Translations under genes and position numbers: made by a program
Assembly: GCF_000497125.1 (NCBI RefSeq)
Contig: NC_090596.1
Coordinates: 1,612,001-1,676,000, forward strand
Source of the DNA: Spironucleus salmonicida
Taxonomy: Eukaryota
Direction of reading: 5' to 3'
DNA: 64,000 nucleotides
In this document: positions 1 to 15,262 of the stretch, in pieces
Numbering within the stretch: position 1 is the stretch's first letter
Layout of the letters: each line of letters begins with the position of its first letter
The notes under the pieces: model-generated
Database searches by the model: none
What the model saw: the letters and a program-made list of their open reading frames with translations, nothing else
Told to the model about the DNA's origin: nothing

Positions 1-1256
1 TCTTATTTTAACTATTATTGTTTCAGTTGTGAATGTTATTTTATACTTAAAACAATTTCTTTAAGGTTTTTAACTTAGTCTCTTATATCAGTATTTTCAT
101 CTACTTATTGATAATTTACTAACTATTTATTTAATGAATAAACTTCTTACTATAAACAATGTATAGTATTTTCATATTTTTTTATTTGTTAAGTAGTGCA
201 CTAAGTATTAGTTTCCTACTATTCGTTTAATCTCTAATTATCACTTTTTAGTTAATATAATTATTACTGTTGATCAATAAAAGATTAATTTACTTAGCTG
301 ACTTTACTTTGCATTAAGGAAATATGGAATTATGCTTATTCTTTAATTTAGCTAATCTGTTTTTCCATAGTTTAAACCTCAAAGTTTTAGTTTTTACTTA
401 TTAAATTTTATTCACGCATTTATTATGTAAGCTAATTGTTTTTATTTACTAATTCTTTATTCTGCTCTTCAAATAATTATATTTAATTATTTAATTCTCT
501 ATTATGTTAAACTGTTTCTTTCTATCCACGAATAGTGTTATTTTAATTTTCAAGATCCTTTAACTTAAGCTCATAAATTATTTTAACCTTATTTACTGCA
601 GATTCAATTTTTAAGTTCTCATTTTATGAAAAATTTTACACTTAAAGATTTTAAATAGTAATTTTTTCTTATAATGAAGAAATTTCCTCTAGAGCATCAG
701 AAAGATGAATTTGACATGTTTTAAACTATTTCAATAGTGAATTATATGAATTTTTATAATTTACATTATTATTTGCACAATTATTTTATGATTAATCAAA
801 AATATCCTTCTCATCTAATATAGAATTCTCTGCCTCTGAAAACTCTAAAAATATGGAGTCATAATTACCATTATAATTTAAAACAAATAATATTGAGAAT
901 GTTATGAATATCGCAAGAAAATCAAGATTAATCATATTTTCTTCTAGATATTACTATGAAATTTATGTAAAATTTCCAATTTCAAAATTATACGCAAAAT
1001 GATTTTTAACGAAATTTAATATTTAATCTGGTGAAAATTATGTAAAGGCTACTGAAATTGGTATATTAAGGTTATAAATTTTAGAGTAATTGCTTAGAGA
1101 AAAAAATTATTCGTGAAGATGTTAATTTTAAAGTATATATTCTTAAACTAAATATGATTTATCTCTATACGTATTAATAATATAATCTAAACTAGGTAAC
1201 TTTGAATCATGTGGCCTTTAAAATGTCTGAATAAGAATTTATACTGGATTTTACAT
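1..1256 (-). CDS. Hypothetical coiled-coil protein, 3' end outside window
   Basis: No in-frame TGA from ATG 1256 to the window edge under code 6 (MQNPVQILIQ...). The C-terminal part is Q/E/K/N-rich and heptad-like. Confidence 0.7.
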
Positions 1257-1308
1257 TTTCTGATAATTCGAATAATAATATTAATAATACTATAACCCCA
1301 TTCCCCAA
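1257..1308. promoter_or_regulatory. 52-bp divergent promoter with AT-rich core and C-rich tract
   Basis: Lies between divergent ATGs at 1256(-) and 1309(+): aataataatattaataatactataaccccattccccaa-ATG. Confidence 0.5.
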
Positions 1309-1689
1309 ATGATGACAGTGCCAGATTTTTATCATAAATGGACTGAAAGCGAAGCATAATAGTTGTTAGAGCATGTTAAAATACACGGAACCAATTGGAA
1401 AATCTTAACGAAAAAATTTTACAAAAATTTCAAACCATTATAAATCAAAAACAAGTATTACTAGCTTAGAAAACATTAAGAGACCTAAGAGAAGGTTGCG
1501 CTTTCTACTACATCTACTCCTCGTCAAAGATCTCCAAGTCGTGAAATAGATGTTAATTGGTTAGATTTTTAAAGCACATATGTTCCATAAGTGCACTAAT
1601 AAAATGAGGAAAATTTTCAACCTTAATATATGTGCAATTATGAAACTTGTTCAGCCTTTGAATTAGATTTGGAGAACAATTACTGGTGA
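1309..1689 (+). CDS. Myb/SANT-like DNA-binding protein (126 aa)
   Basis: KWTESEAQQLLEHVKIHGTNWKILTKKFYKNFKPLQIKNKYYQL is a single Myb repeat. It requires TAA/TAG=Gln. Confidence 0.9.
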
Positions 1690-1744
1690 GTTAATAAATT
1701 CATTTTTTACTATATAGTATTAGGTTTATTAGTTAAAATTGCAA

Positions 1745-4252
1745 ATGTCAAAACCAACATAATATTTTTTAGACAAATCAGAAGCTATAGCTTTAAAAAA
1801 CACTCTATAAAAACATATATTAGATGCAAATATAGCTTATAAATAAGCTAAAACATAGTCTTTTGTTTCAAAGACACTATAAAACTTGACACCTGATGTT
1901 GCTGTGTCAAACCCGTATGAATCTACAATTATTAACAGTGAAATGGAATATTCAATGTAAAAATTAAGAAAAAATTAAAATTTAGCCTAACTATAAGAAG
2001 TTCCTATAGAAATACAATAAGCTGATGCATATATTTAAAAACATTCGCGAGCTTTTAATATAGTTGATAATTTTAGTAGAAAATTAGGGTTAGAATCACC
2101 TAAGATTAATTTAGGTGAAGTACAAATCGCTTAAAAGCGTGAAGCAATTAACATTAATGGAAAAATTGAATTAAAGCCAACAGTATTTGAACTACCAAAA
2201 ACTTAAAATTTTGTTTATAGTAAAGATCCAAATGCATATGTTCGAGACTAAGAAGACTAATTAGACTTACTAGATAATAGAATTCCACTCAGAGTAGTGT
2301 AGGTACAAGAATATTAAGAAGCTGTTAAGTAAAAGAGCTTAGAAAAAAGTAAAAAAGTTATTGAAACCCAAGGGACAAGAAAAACAACCATTGTAACTCA
2401 TAAAAATTACAAATAAGATCATTTGGATTTTGCAGTTAATAGTACATTTTTAGATAAAACATCGGAAAGAATGCTAAAAAACGTTTAAAAGATCAGTAAC
2501 CATTAGTATTTTGTAGATGGTAAATGTCGATGCGCATGTCATAAAGATGAAAATCCTAGCAGAAGAATTTGTGACATATGTTTATGTAAGTTGTAAAAAG
2601 ATGACTCAATAGAATTAGAAGTTGCACAATAAGTACAATCTAATAATTTACTCAAAAATACAAATCTACCTTTATATGTTTCTAAAACTTATAATTAAAA
2701 CATCCTTAATATTGATGGTAGACTAACAAATAATCAGGTTATTAACCTAATCCATCACTAATAATCGTAAATGAACCCTGACGAAAAAATTCTTTTCATT
2801 GCTAAATAGTAAGAATTTTTGGCAGATAAGACATGGTCTCCAAAACTTCGCTCTGATATCGCCCCAAAATAAAAACCGTAAGAACTAGAGGTTAAAATAT
2901 AGAACGCTCACTTACTATCCACCGACAGTGCTTTATTTAATGTAGACTAAATGAGTCTTTAAGGCAATATCGATATGGCTAATAAGAATATGCTTGAAGC
3001 CAGTAAAGTGTTAGTAACAGAAAATATAAATAATATCCATTAAGAGAGAAGAAATTTAAGAAGTGAAGAAGAGGTATTGAGAAAAAAAATATAAAGAGTT
3101 GTTGATAATAAATAAATACTAGAAAGTAGAAAAACAGAGCTTTCTGGAGTTTTTAAAATCGTTAATGAGAGCATTCTGAAGGCTAGTCAATCACCTTAAG
3201 AACCATACAAACATTATATTCCTCCTATTCTAAGAACAATAGATAATTCATAGTCTCTTAAAATATAAGATTTAAATAAGAAAAAATAAATAAAAGCTAA
3301 CTATTTAAAAGCAGGAAAGAGATAAGAGTAGTATGCAGATTTATATTAAACACCATAAATAGAACTATAAAGGGAAGACGATAATCAATAAGATTTTAGC
3401 GGATATCAATCTATGAATTTTGACGATTAAATAATTATATAAAGCAATGGTTCATTGTCTTAAAATTAATAATAAAGTTCAGTATCTAATTCAGCACACA
3501 CTTCTTGTCAGCCCTCTTTTGTAGAATAATAATTTTCATCGGAGTAGAACGATAGTATATTTCTAGATAGTTCAACCCACTAATCATAAAACATGGAGTT
3601 AGATGATACATCAACGCGGCCGGAATAATCATAATCTGTATAAGAAACGTAAAAATAAGAATAGTCTTAGTCTATTCGGAGTAGTAAGTAAGATACAGAT
3701 TTGGATTCTCAACAGGGTAATACTAATTCAGAATATGAGTCCGGGTATGATACTGGGTATGGTTCTGGATACGATTCTGGATATGGCTCTAAAACAGGGT
3801 ATTAATCAGGACCCGAACACTCATAATTTTCTCAAAATTTCTCTGATGCAACTCCTTAGGTAAAACAAAATAATTAAAAACTGGTACCATAGAAAAATTC
3901 AGAACTTCCTCCATATATTCCATCTAATAGGGCGGATTCTCCATTGAAAAAAGGCCCAAAACCTAAATATATGTAACCTAGAACAATAGATAGAGTTTCT
4001 AAGACCAAACACGACGAAGTTATTGATATTAAAAAGTTGAAAGAGCAAGAAAAATTCAAATTGTTGGTTGCAGATCCTACGCTACCATAGCTTACATAAA
4101 AGTAGTTCTAGAAAGCGCTATCTAAGGCATATACTCGTCTAGATAATCTAAACGAGTACGTTGAATTGAACATTATCTATGGCGACGATAAGGTAAATTT
4201 CAACGATTACACAAACCTCAGACACAAGCACGTGAAATCATCAATGAAGTGA
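1745..4252 (+). CDS. Hypothetical protein (~835 aa) with small Cys cluster and xSGY repeats
   Basis: ATG 1745 and AAG-TGA 4252 are in the same frame. Contains CRCACH...CDICLC and ESGYDTGYGSGYDSGYGSKTGY. Confidence 0.75.
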
Positions 4253-4320
4253 CTCAATTCCCCATTTTTCACCAGAAATCAACATCCTTCCAGACCCTCC
4301 AAAGCACCCCCTCCACTTTA

Positions 4321-5361
4321 ATGGGTATCAAAGACCTGTTTAAGCTGCTGCAATCCCACGCACCAACGGCAGTCCAGCCTTCCTCAACCCAGAATTTTGT
4401 GAACCAAAAGGTCGCAATCGACGCGTCTGTCCTTCTGTACCAGTTTCTGACGACAATCGTCACGCGCGACGGCCAGCCGCTCACGAACAGCAAGAACGAG
4501 CCAACATCGCACATCATAGGGATCATTTCACGCTGTACGCGACTCGCGGAGGCCGGGGTGAAGCCGATTTTCGTGTTCGACGGCGCGGCCGGCGACGCTA
4601 AAAGCGGTGAGCTCCTGAAGCGCAAAGAAGCGAAAAAGCGAAATTCGGAGAAGGCCGAAAAAGCTAAAGAGGAGGGGAATGTTTCCGAGGCGCTCAAGTA
4701 CGCAAAGCGAGCCGTTCGCGTGACCCCCGAAATCGGGGCGCAGGCGATTAAGCTGCTGGAGCTAATGGGCATTCCGTGCGTGCGCGCAGACGGCGAGGCC
4801 GAAATTTTGTGCGTCCAAATGGCGAAATCTGGGCTCTGCTCGGCGGTCGCTAGCAGCGACCTTGACGTCGTGGCGCACCAGTGCCCGCTCTTCGTCAAGA
4901 ACATCGGAACCGACAAGGAAGTGGTGCAAATTGAATTCGCAAAGGTACTGTCGGAGCTCAATATGGAGCCTGAGAAATTCGTCGATCTGTGCATCCTCAT
5001 GGGCTGTGATTACACGGATACGATTCCTGGCGTGGGAGTGAAAACTGCGTTCAATTTGATGCAAAAATACAACAGCATTGACGAGATACTTGAAAGTGGG
5101 TTTGGCGAGAAAATTGAGGATCTAGAGGGTTATTTGAAGAGCGTTGCTATTGCGCGGGAAATATTTTTTTCGACAAATGAATTAAAAATTGATTTGGGGC
5201 TCAAATTTTCAGCGCCAAAAGAGAAAGAATTAGTTGCGTTTTTAGTTGATGAGATGCAATTTGACGTTAATAACGCTAAACAGAAAATTACAAAATATAT
5301 AAACTCAAAAAAATCAATTAAATAAACTACACTAAGTGGGTTTATTAAGAAGATAAAGTGA
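4321..5361 (+). CDS. FEN1: Flap endonuclease 1 (346 aa)
   Basis: Motifs MGIKDL, VAIDAS..LYQFL, FVFDG, EAE, SSDLD, LMGCDY..IPGVG. The C-terminal PIP box QTTLSGFI has its Gln encoded by TAA (5323-5325). Confidence 0.97.
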
Positions 5362-6480
5362 TCAGTCTATGTGTTTTTTTCCTTAAAAATGTTTGTATAG
5401 CTTTTCAAACCTGAGATAATCGGCAGGTTTATCTGCGATTCTCTCAATTATATATGATTAAGAGGAAGACCAATTTGAAGCCAGGACCATAAAAGTTTAT
5501 TCTAAATCGAGTGATGTGAGAAAATCTTTGTCGAAAAGATCATAAATCACTTTTTACTTTGATTTTTCTTAATTAAATATTAGTATAATTTATTGTTTCA
5601 ATGAAAATGCAAAATGTAATGGTATAATGTTTTGATCAATAGAATTTATATTTAATAATTATATTATAAAACTAAATGATACTAAGATATCTTCAACCAA
5701 TAGTTAATTGAATAACTGGGTAGCAGTCACAAATACTTTCATTTTTTACTTTTACTTGTATTATATATAATACGATGAATAGAATTTTTAAAAAGTATAC
5801 GTATATATCAATTATTTTAAGTTGAACCTAAGTATTTGTTTAATACTGTCATATTCTAATTGTAAAATCGAGTGAATAAGATATAATTTATTATTAAAAT
5901 ATTACAACTTATGCAATACGGTAAGGCAATCCTATGTAATCCTAGTCACAAAGACTACATGACTTTATTAAAATTTGTATGTGTAAATAAATATATAAAT
6001 TATAATTGCATAGCATTTAATAAATGTAAATGTGTATTCTATATATTTTTTACTACATGTTGTGAATTTAATCTTACCAAAACAATCTAAATTTATAGCA
6101 AGATAATATTTTCTATATCCTCGGTATCTAGAAAACGTATCTTTTAATTTTCTGTAATAATATATTTATAGCTTAGTAAATCTATATCCTAAAGTAAAGA
6201 TAATAAGTGAAATATATAAGATCATTAATTTATTTTTAGGATATTACCATCGTGTAATTAACAAGATAACTTATGTACAATAACTTTAATATGTGAACTA
6301 AATAGTATTAATTTTATTACAAGTAAAATCTAAAAATTACATCTATTAATTTATTATTAACTTAACAATATAAAAGCTCCAACATAAATATTTACCGTGA
6401 ATCCTTCTGTTAATAAAGATTATTAACAAGATATTAATAAAAGAAGGTTATAATGTATAAATATCACTTAATTTATGCAT
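5362..6480 (-). CDS. Hypothetical protein, start uncertain (ATG 5742, 6225, 6342 or 6480)
   Basis: Frame has no TGA from 6480 down to the stop at 5362-5364. The 5362-5742 part looks most protein-like. No family recognised. Confidence 0.35.
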
Positions 6481-8444
6481 CACTCATGCTAGATTTGTTA
6501 AGATATCCTGCTTTACCTTGTAGTGTTTACCATTTCATCTGTAATATTCATGGTATCTACTCTTGTTAGTCTAGCACAATCCTCTTACTAATTTTATTAG
6601 AACTACGCAGCTACTTTCATTTCCATCCTCTCATTCATACTAAGTAATACTGGTACATATCGTGTGGCCAAAAGATCTTCACAATTTGTTGCTTATTAAT
6701 TATCTAATCTCAATAGACCCCAGATAAATCTGCGTATTATTTCAACAGATTATACCCAAATACCATACCATACATGACTAGTATCTGGAGAGTCATAAAA
6801 TACTGGAATTACCCATGTAAATCTAGTAATAATATCAAATAACAATATTAGCACAACCTAATAAACTTAAAATGATGATGGCCGCCTTAATATAATTTTA
6901 TTTTTCCATTTCTCGGGTGATTATTTGAATGCTCTACCACCTGTTCCGCCACTAAAACATGAAAAATCTTCAAATATATCCCAATATAACTTAAAAATTG
7001 TCTCAAATAACTTTATACAAATAATTATCCAATATGCAGGTTTGTTTGAACTAATAATCTCAATAACTATTAAATTACTTGGTATGCTAATTAGATATTT
7101 CATTAAATTAACTATATGAGGATAAAATAACTTTGTATCAATAAATCTTCTGACTTATTAAATTATGCGTATAACATTTGGAATATTTATACCAACAAAA
7201 ACTAGATAATCCGGAGCATACTATAATGATACTATTTAAATAAAATCTGAGATAACACCTGTCATTGAGGTGAAAATATCTGCTATAAAAAATAAAGGAA
7301 AAGTAACCCTATGTAGCCAAGGTGTTAATAGCTTATAATTTATAATAAATACAAACCTAGCTATCTGACTATGACCTGTTTAAATTCTTACTAATTAATA
7401 TAACTAGTATAAAAATAAAAAATAAAACGGAAACGCAACCCAATAGATTGCACTAAGCTAATCAGCAATAAATAATATAGCTTGGCTAAATGGTAATGGT
7501 ACTTTATAACTATTTTATGTAACTGAAGTCGTTGTAGAAAATATCCCTATTAAAGACACAAAAAATAATACTACAAAAGCTAAATAGTAAGTTTTTCTAT
7601 ATCCATTTGTTACCTTTGATGCAGGAAGTTCCATTATAAAAATATAATTAATTTTCTTATATTCAAATATAGAAATCATTGTCGCTAATCCAAAAATAAG
7701 CACAAATAATATTAAATAAAATCTCAAAATTAAATTAGATATATCAGGCATATCATATTATGTCCCTTCAAACAGTTAAATATCAATATAACACATAAAA
7801 AATATAATAGACACGCCTAGTACAAAACCAAATTAAATCGAGGTCTTATTTCTAATCTTTGTAATATTTTAAGATGATAATTAGTAATTTTATAATAGCT
7901 TTCGAGCAGTTTTTATATCAGGTAGTGAATGTAGATGCATAAATGCAATTTATAGTTTTGTTTACGCTGCATCTATTAAGGAATTATCATTAATACGAGA
8001 CGTTAATAAAACTTAGTCAATATTTATATTTAATGCTATATTTGAGTTCTTTTTGTATTTTTTGTAAATTTTACGAAACCCTATAGCATTAAGTGAGCCA
8101 TAACTTTATACCATGTTTAAAGATTTAAATAACTCTTGACAGTTTTATGAAATTGTATGAGAATATTTTTAAGAATTTTTAGTACCAGCTATCAATTAAA
8201 CTTAAAAAAATAAATCTTATACAAGACCTTCCTATTTTATTAATACAGTAGAATAAAAATCTTAGACTTTGTGAAGATTTTAATTGAAAATAAATTCAAA
8301 ATGTTCTGCAAGCCTCTATAAGCTAATATTATCATTCTAATTTGATGTCATTGAGTCTATAATAATCTTTAGCTAATCATACTCCATATATTATGATGCC
8401 CATTCTGGTACTAAGTTTTCTTTGAGTTGTTCTCCAAATTTCAT
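6480..8444 (-). CDS. XPR1: SPX-EXS domain phosphate exporter (XPR1/SYG1/PHO1 family, 654 aa)
   Basis: N-terminal SPX motif MKFGEQLKENLVPEWASQYMEYDQLK, several TM segments, and EXS motif EIIRRFIWGLLRLDNQQATNC. Confidence 0.93.
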
Positions 8445-8478
8445 TTGAATTAAAAACAATTATAATATAATTAAAATA

Positions 8479-8907
8479 TCATTCAAATCTAACAAATTTT
8501 TAACCAAGAGGAGTTTTTCTTAATGGAGTTAACAACGATTCATTGATTGTACTACCTACGTCTATAACTAGTGTTTTACTTTTTTATATAGCAGCTTTTC
8601 TATATTCTTAATCCTCAACAACACTAACAGCAACCTCTACATAAGGCTATATGAACTTTTGATATATAAACTCAGATCCTCTAGACTAAATCAGCCATAT
8701 TAGCAAATAGAATTTGAAAACCATATAAAAAGGAACATAAACAATAAATCCAAACGTTTTTTCTAAGACTAAAAATAAACCATAAATAGCCCAATAAGTA
8801 AGTAGGGGCTTTGATAGTTTTCGCTTTTATAGAAATTTTACAGATCTATACATAGGTATGATCAATGCATAGATTTACTAAATATAGAAAGGCATTTTTT
8901 CAATCAT
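8479..8907 (-). CDS. TB2/DP1/HVA22 (REEP/YOP1) ER-shaping protein (142 aa)
   Basis: IPMYRSVKFL...LLTYWAIYGLFLVLE...VPFYMVFKFYLLIWL...GSEFIYQKFIQPY. Confidence 0.88.
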
Positions 8908-8961
8908 TTTAGCGATATATTGTATAATTACTAAATAAATAAGTTGCTTTCACTTTAAATT

Positions 8962-9777
8962 ATGTCATTCACGTAAAGAATAATATCTTCTATCGCTATG
9001 GGAGTAATCCTGATTGTATCTATATATTACTAACGAATAGGGTTAATAACCTTAATGATTTGCTCATAGTTGATGATTATACACGAAATTTCATCAATTC
9101 CTATTTCTAGTCAATTTTTTAAACTCAGAGAATTGATTGGGGCGGTTTCTTTGGCTATTTTTACATCATCATTATTTATTGAATAGTATTTACCCGCTTT
9201 GATTGCAGTTATTATATTTTCTTTCATTAGTTTAACCATAATTTTTTCATTGAAAGGATCACCAGCTAATTGCCTTGCTACTTTCGTCAGATTTCTTCTC
9301 AATTCATTTATTTCTGGAATTCTCATAACAATTGGTCATTTTCTTATTCTTAATTAACCAACTTTGTTTTTAACGTAACTATTTCTTGTAATTATCAATG
9401 ATTCTTTTGCATATTTTTGTGGAAAACTCTTTGGAAAGCATAAACTTATTACTCTTTCGCCATCTAAGACCTGGGAAGGTTTCGTTGGTGGGGGAGTATT
9501 CACATTATGTTTAGCAAAACCTGTATATTTAGTCTGTAATTTAATGATCTAAGCAGATTAATAATTGCTTGAAGTAGTTGCTGTTTAGGCTATTTTTGTT
9601 GCTACAGTTGCACCAATAGGTGGATTTTTTGGGTCATTAGTAAAAAGAAGTTGTGGAATACAAGATTTTGGAAAGGTTATTCCTGGACATGGTGGGTTTT
9701 TGGATAGGTTAGATTGCCAAATTTTGACTTTCTCAGTTAGCTATTTTGCGTGGTGTGCTTTGGCGTTTAATGAATGA
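8962..9777 (+). CDS. CDS1: Phosphatidate cytidylyltransferase (CDP-diacylglycerol synthase, 271 aa)
   Basis: Multi-TM protein with [24 protein letters not shown] and [17 protein letters not shown]. Confidence 0.95.
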
Positions 9778-9867
9778 TGGATTTGAATATTTCATAAGAT
9801 TCACAAGTTTATTTGTTTTAAAAGTAAATAAATATTATAATATTTATTTAGAGATTATTATTTTAGA

Positions 9868-11274
<1,407 letters not shown>

Positions 11275-11326
11275 TTTTTAATACTTGATGTATATTAATA
11301 TATAAATTTATTTTCCATTCCCTTTA

Positions 11327-12475
11327 ATGAACATCGACAAAGCGCGTAGAGAAGCTGCCAGGCAAATTCTTGACACATTCCAATCTCACGGAGTCGAGAT
11401 CAAGAAATAGGCACTCTAAGAGAAAATATCACACATCAAAGGTACGTCACTAGCTACATTTACGAAAAATATCTCAAAATACGTATCAATTAATCCAAAA
11501 ACACAGTCAGTTCCAACATCTATAGAATTCTTCTAGCATTAAATACTTTTAGGAGCGAAATCTGGTGAAATTCTTGTTTATAATACTGAAAATCTGTAGC
11601 AAACATAACACATTGATGCAGCTCCTCAGTTACGAGGACCACACTCCTAAAGAAAACATGATTTCGCAAAAATGAAAAAACGAGTCAATCTTCCTATTTC
11701 TCTTTCACATTCTGGGGCGGTTTTAGATATTTCTGCAGGTTTGAGAACATTTATTTCAATTGGAAAAGATTGTATTGGTAATGTTCGGGATGCAAATTTC
11801 AATTCTCTTTTCACGTTTTGCTGTGACGCATAGATATCATCAGTTTGTGCTTCTGAGGAAAACATAGTCATCGCGGATGGGGTTAAGATACGTGTTTTTG
11901 CAGCAAAGGAGGGCGCTGAGCTTTTTACTCTATTTGGTCCTACTGAAGTTATTAATAGTGTTAGAGCAGTTCCTAGAACAAATAGTGTGATTGCAGCCAG
12001 TGAAGATGGTAGTTTACGATATTTCTCATTAATTGAATAGAGTTAGTTAATTTATGATGCAAAAAGCCCTTTATACGACTGTGGGGCCTTAAATGCAAAT
12101 CTATTTGTCTGCTGCGGACCAAAAGGAGTATTTTTATTTAGCAATGAAAAGAAAAATGCAATTTGTTAGATTGAAACTACTGGGTGCTATAAAATTGCGT
12201 GTTTTGAAGGTATCAGCTGTTTTGCAGTTGGTGGTAAGGGATTCATAAAATTAATGTAGGTTATTGGTGATGATATTATTGAAATAGATTAATTTGATGT
12301 CATTGGTCATGTTAATGGTATGAGCATGGAAATTGTGAAAGATGAGTTATATTTAACTGCATGTGGCGGGAGAGAATAACCTAAAGATAGGTTAGATGTT
12401 GGAAATGAAAAGTCTTTTTTGGCGCTATGGAAGTTAGGTTCGGTCGAGATTAAAAAATTAGGAAGATTTTAATGA
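11327..12475 (+). CDS. WD40 protein, probably U3 snoRNP RRP9/U3-55K-like (382 aa)
   Basis: WD-like blades (SHSGAVLDIS, IAASEDGSLRYF). The C-terminal GGREQPKDRL resembles the RRP9 GQEHRLGRW motif (judged by eye). Confidence 0.65.
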
Positions 12476-12528
12476 AGTATTGATTATTATATATATTATA
12501 GTCTAAATTAATTTTATCAGTCCTCTAA

Positions 12529-13269
12529 ATGTCAAAGTACGATTTCTCAACTACTACATTCTCAGATGAAGGAAGACTGCATCAAGTAGAATATGCTATT
12601 AAGGCCGTAGCTACAGCCCCTACTATTCTAGCGGTTAATTTTAATAGTTAAATTCTTATTGCCGCACATAAACGCATACCGGCACTTTTTGCATAAAAAA
12701 GAACTGAAAAGCTATTACAACTAGATAAATCCGTTTATATTGCAGTTTCTGGAGTTTTATCTGATGCTAATGTATTGATCGAAGAGGGTCGTCTCTTTGC
12801 TTAAGAGTATTTCCAAGAACGCGGATAGCGTGTACCACTTTAGAGACTTTCCGTACATATGGCTGATATTATGTAAACTGCTACTTAATATGGGGGACTT
12901 CGTCCATATGGTGTTGGTGCTCTACTTCTTGGAGCTGAGGGTATTTATTAAATTGATCCTTCTGGAAATGTTGCAAAATGGTAAGCTGCTGCAGTAGGTA
13001 AAGCATCAGGAGATGTAAATGCTAAAATAAAATAACTTATAAAAGATGGAATCACTGATGTAGCATAATTAAAAAAAATTGGGGTATAGTCTTTATCTAA
13101 AGGTGTGGAAAAAGAAGATTTAAACAAAAACGGTGTTGAATTAGCATTAATATCTTTCGATAAATATCAGGGCTCAATTGAATATATAAACGATGATGAA
13201 ATCGAGTAAATTTGTAAGCAAGTTATAGAGGATGGGGATAGAGAAGAGGATAACGAAAATAGTAAGTGA
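12529..13269 (+). CDS. 20S proteasome alpha subunit, probably alpha-3 type (246 aa)
   Basis: YDFSTTTFSDEGRLHQVEYA, VSGVLSDA, TQYGGLRPYGVG, YQIDPSGN. Confidence 0.93.
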
Positions 13270-13278
13270 TTCATACTT

Positions 13279-15219
13279 TCATAAATATTCATAAACAAGA
13301 TCTTCAATTTCTTACTCAGTGTCTTAATTTTTATTAAAGAATTATGTATAATCTTTTAGTATTTCTTAAATAAGTTATAGATAAGTGGGTGATAAATCTC
13401 GTTTTTTAATAAATTATTTAATCAATTTCCAACTTTATGAATAATATTCGAAGAACCATGAGACAATCGCGATTTAAGCAATCTCATCTGAACTAAATGC
13501 TTACACTAATTCCTCTTGGTCGAAAAAGGATTCTATTGTAAATTTAATATTAGTAATAAACGGTATAAATACTTAAGTATTGTTTGAAATGATCAAAGAG
13601 ACTGAACTAGTTGAAAATATACGCAATTCTTAAGTAGATTACTTTAAAAAATCAAATATAGGTTACTTATATAACTTTATTTCTCTTTCTTTCAAAAAAT
13701 TAGATGTCATTTAATTTATATACTATATTTTAAAATAGTCTTTAACCCTACCAAAAGATGACTAATCCATAAATAATTTTGCCAAATTGTGAGTATAAAT
13801 AATATCTGAAGTTTAAATACCTTATACATCAATGAACTTATCAAAATCGGAGTATGTTTTTATTCTGAACTATTATTTCAATTAAATTGCCTGGGCATAT
13901 TTTAATATTACAAAAATATTTTTTAATTTTATATTATCAAAATATCTTGTCATACCAAAATACATAGTTTACTATAGATCAAAAGCATATACCGCTTATA
14001 GTTTATTCTTTAACGAAAGTTAAGATGTTTATTCTATTCTTTTTGATCGCAATAAATACTCTACCTAAAATAATTTCATAAACATATCAGAAAAAATATT
14101 AGTTTCATTTGTTAATATTTAATTACCCATTAATGGTTTATACAGAATATTATAAAAGAATACAAATTTTTAATCGTATAATAATTTCTTTATTTAGTCA
14201 TCTTTATTAATTTTAAATTTAGTTGTTATCGGAATAGTTTTTACCTATTACTACTGATATATGGTGGCAGTTACTAAATATATATAATCTTAAAGTTAAA
14301 CAATACATTACGATGATATTTACATTAAAATAAGAACAATTTCTTACTAAATATTTAATTTAAGAAACTGCATTGTCTTTTATTTATTTTTAATATCACA
14401 AAATGTTTGATATTACGTCATTAAATCATAATATGCGTCTATATCGATATCCTAAATTTAGTCTTCTATAATTTCCCGCTGGTCTGCTAATTATTAATTA
14501 ATAATAACTAATGAATATTATGCAAAAATATCCAAATTATCATATGCTGCTAAAACCTATTTCTCGAAATTAGCTTCACTATTTTAATTCAAATATAATA
14601 AATTTATTTGCCAAGCTATATCTGAACACTTTATTAACCGTAGTAAATATTCTACTTGCTCATTTCGTTCTAATTCAGTTTAAAAGAGCTATTACAATAT
14701 TTAGTAATGACTAATAAGTTCTAGCTATACATCTGTTGTGAGTTAATCTTTAGAATAAAAACTAGCATAATCAAATTAGACACCAGATATAGATTTATTA
14801 ATCATAAAAACATAACTAATAATATCGAGATAAGTAATAACACTCTTTTACCATGACCAAATTAAGTAACGAGTTAAATTTATAGAAAAAATAATTTATT
14901 TATGTTCATTTGTAATATAAAATGTAGATTCTGAAGTAAATACTCGAGAGGCAGCTGTAAGATAATGTTTAACCAAACTATTTTATTAAAAATGCAAGAA
15001 AAATGCAGATTATAAATTTTCAATCATCGTTTAATATTTTGTTTTTTCATCAAAAATTAATAATGGATTGAGCTAAGTATGAATCGAAAACAACGGGATA
15101 ATTCGAACAAACTTAAGTAATAATGCAGAGAACTCATTAAATACGTAAGGATTTGTTTATGGTTACGACAAATAAGGCATAAGCTATGAAATAATCTCTT
15201 CCAAAAATTAAATATCCAT
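13279..15219 (-). CDS. Hypothetical protein (646 aa)
   Basis: Continuous code-6 ORF MDIQFLEEII...EDLVYEYL*. Confidence 0.75.
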
Positions 15220-15262
15220 TTATTAAAAACTTATTACTATTATGCAAAAATAATAATATAAT

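Noticed and set aside
956-1312. 118-codon plus-strand ORF ending on the Myb ATG
   Set aside because: Lies antisense within the 1-1256 gene; this length is expected by chance with a single stop codon.
4249-4320. ORF-track N-terminal extension of FEN1
   Set aside because: It starts at a GTG overlapping the upstream stop. FEN1 family proteins begin at MGI (4321), and the extension is the C-rich promoter.
4269-5064. 243-aa and 100-aa antisense ORFs over FEN1
   Set aside because: Shadow ORFs caused by locally high GC; no recognisable motifs.
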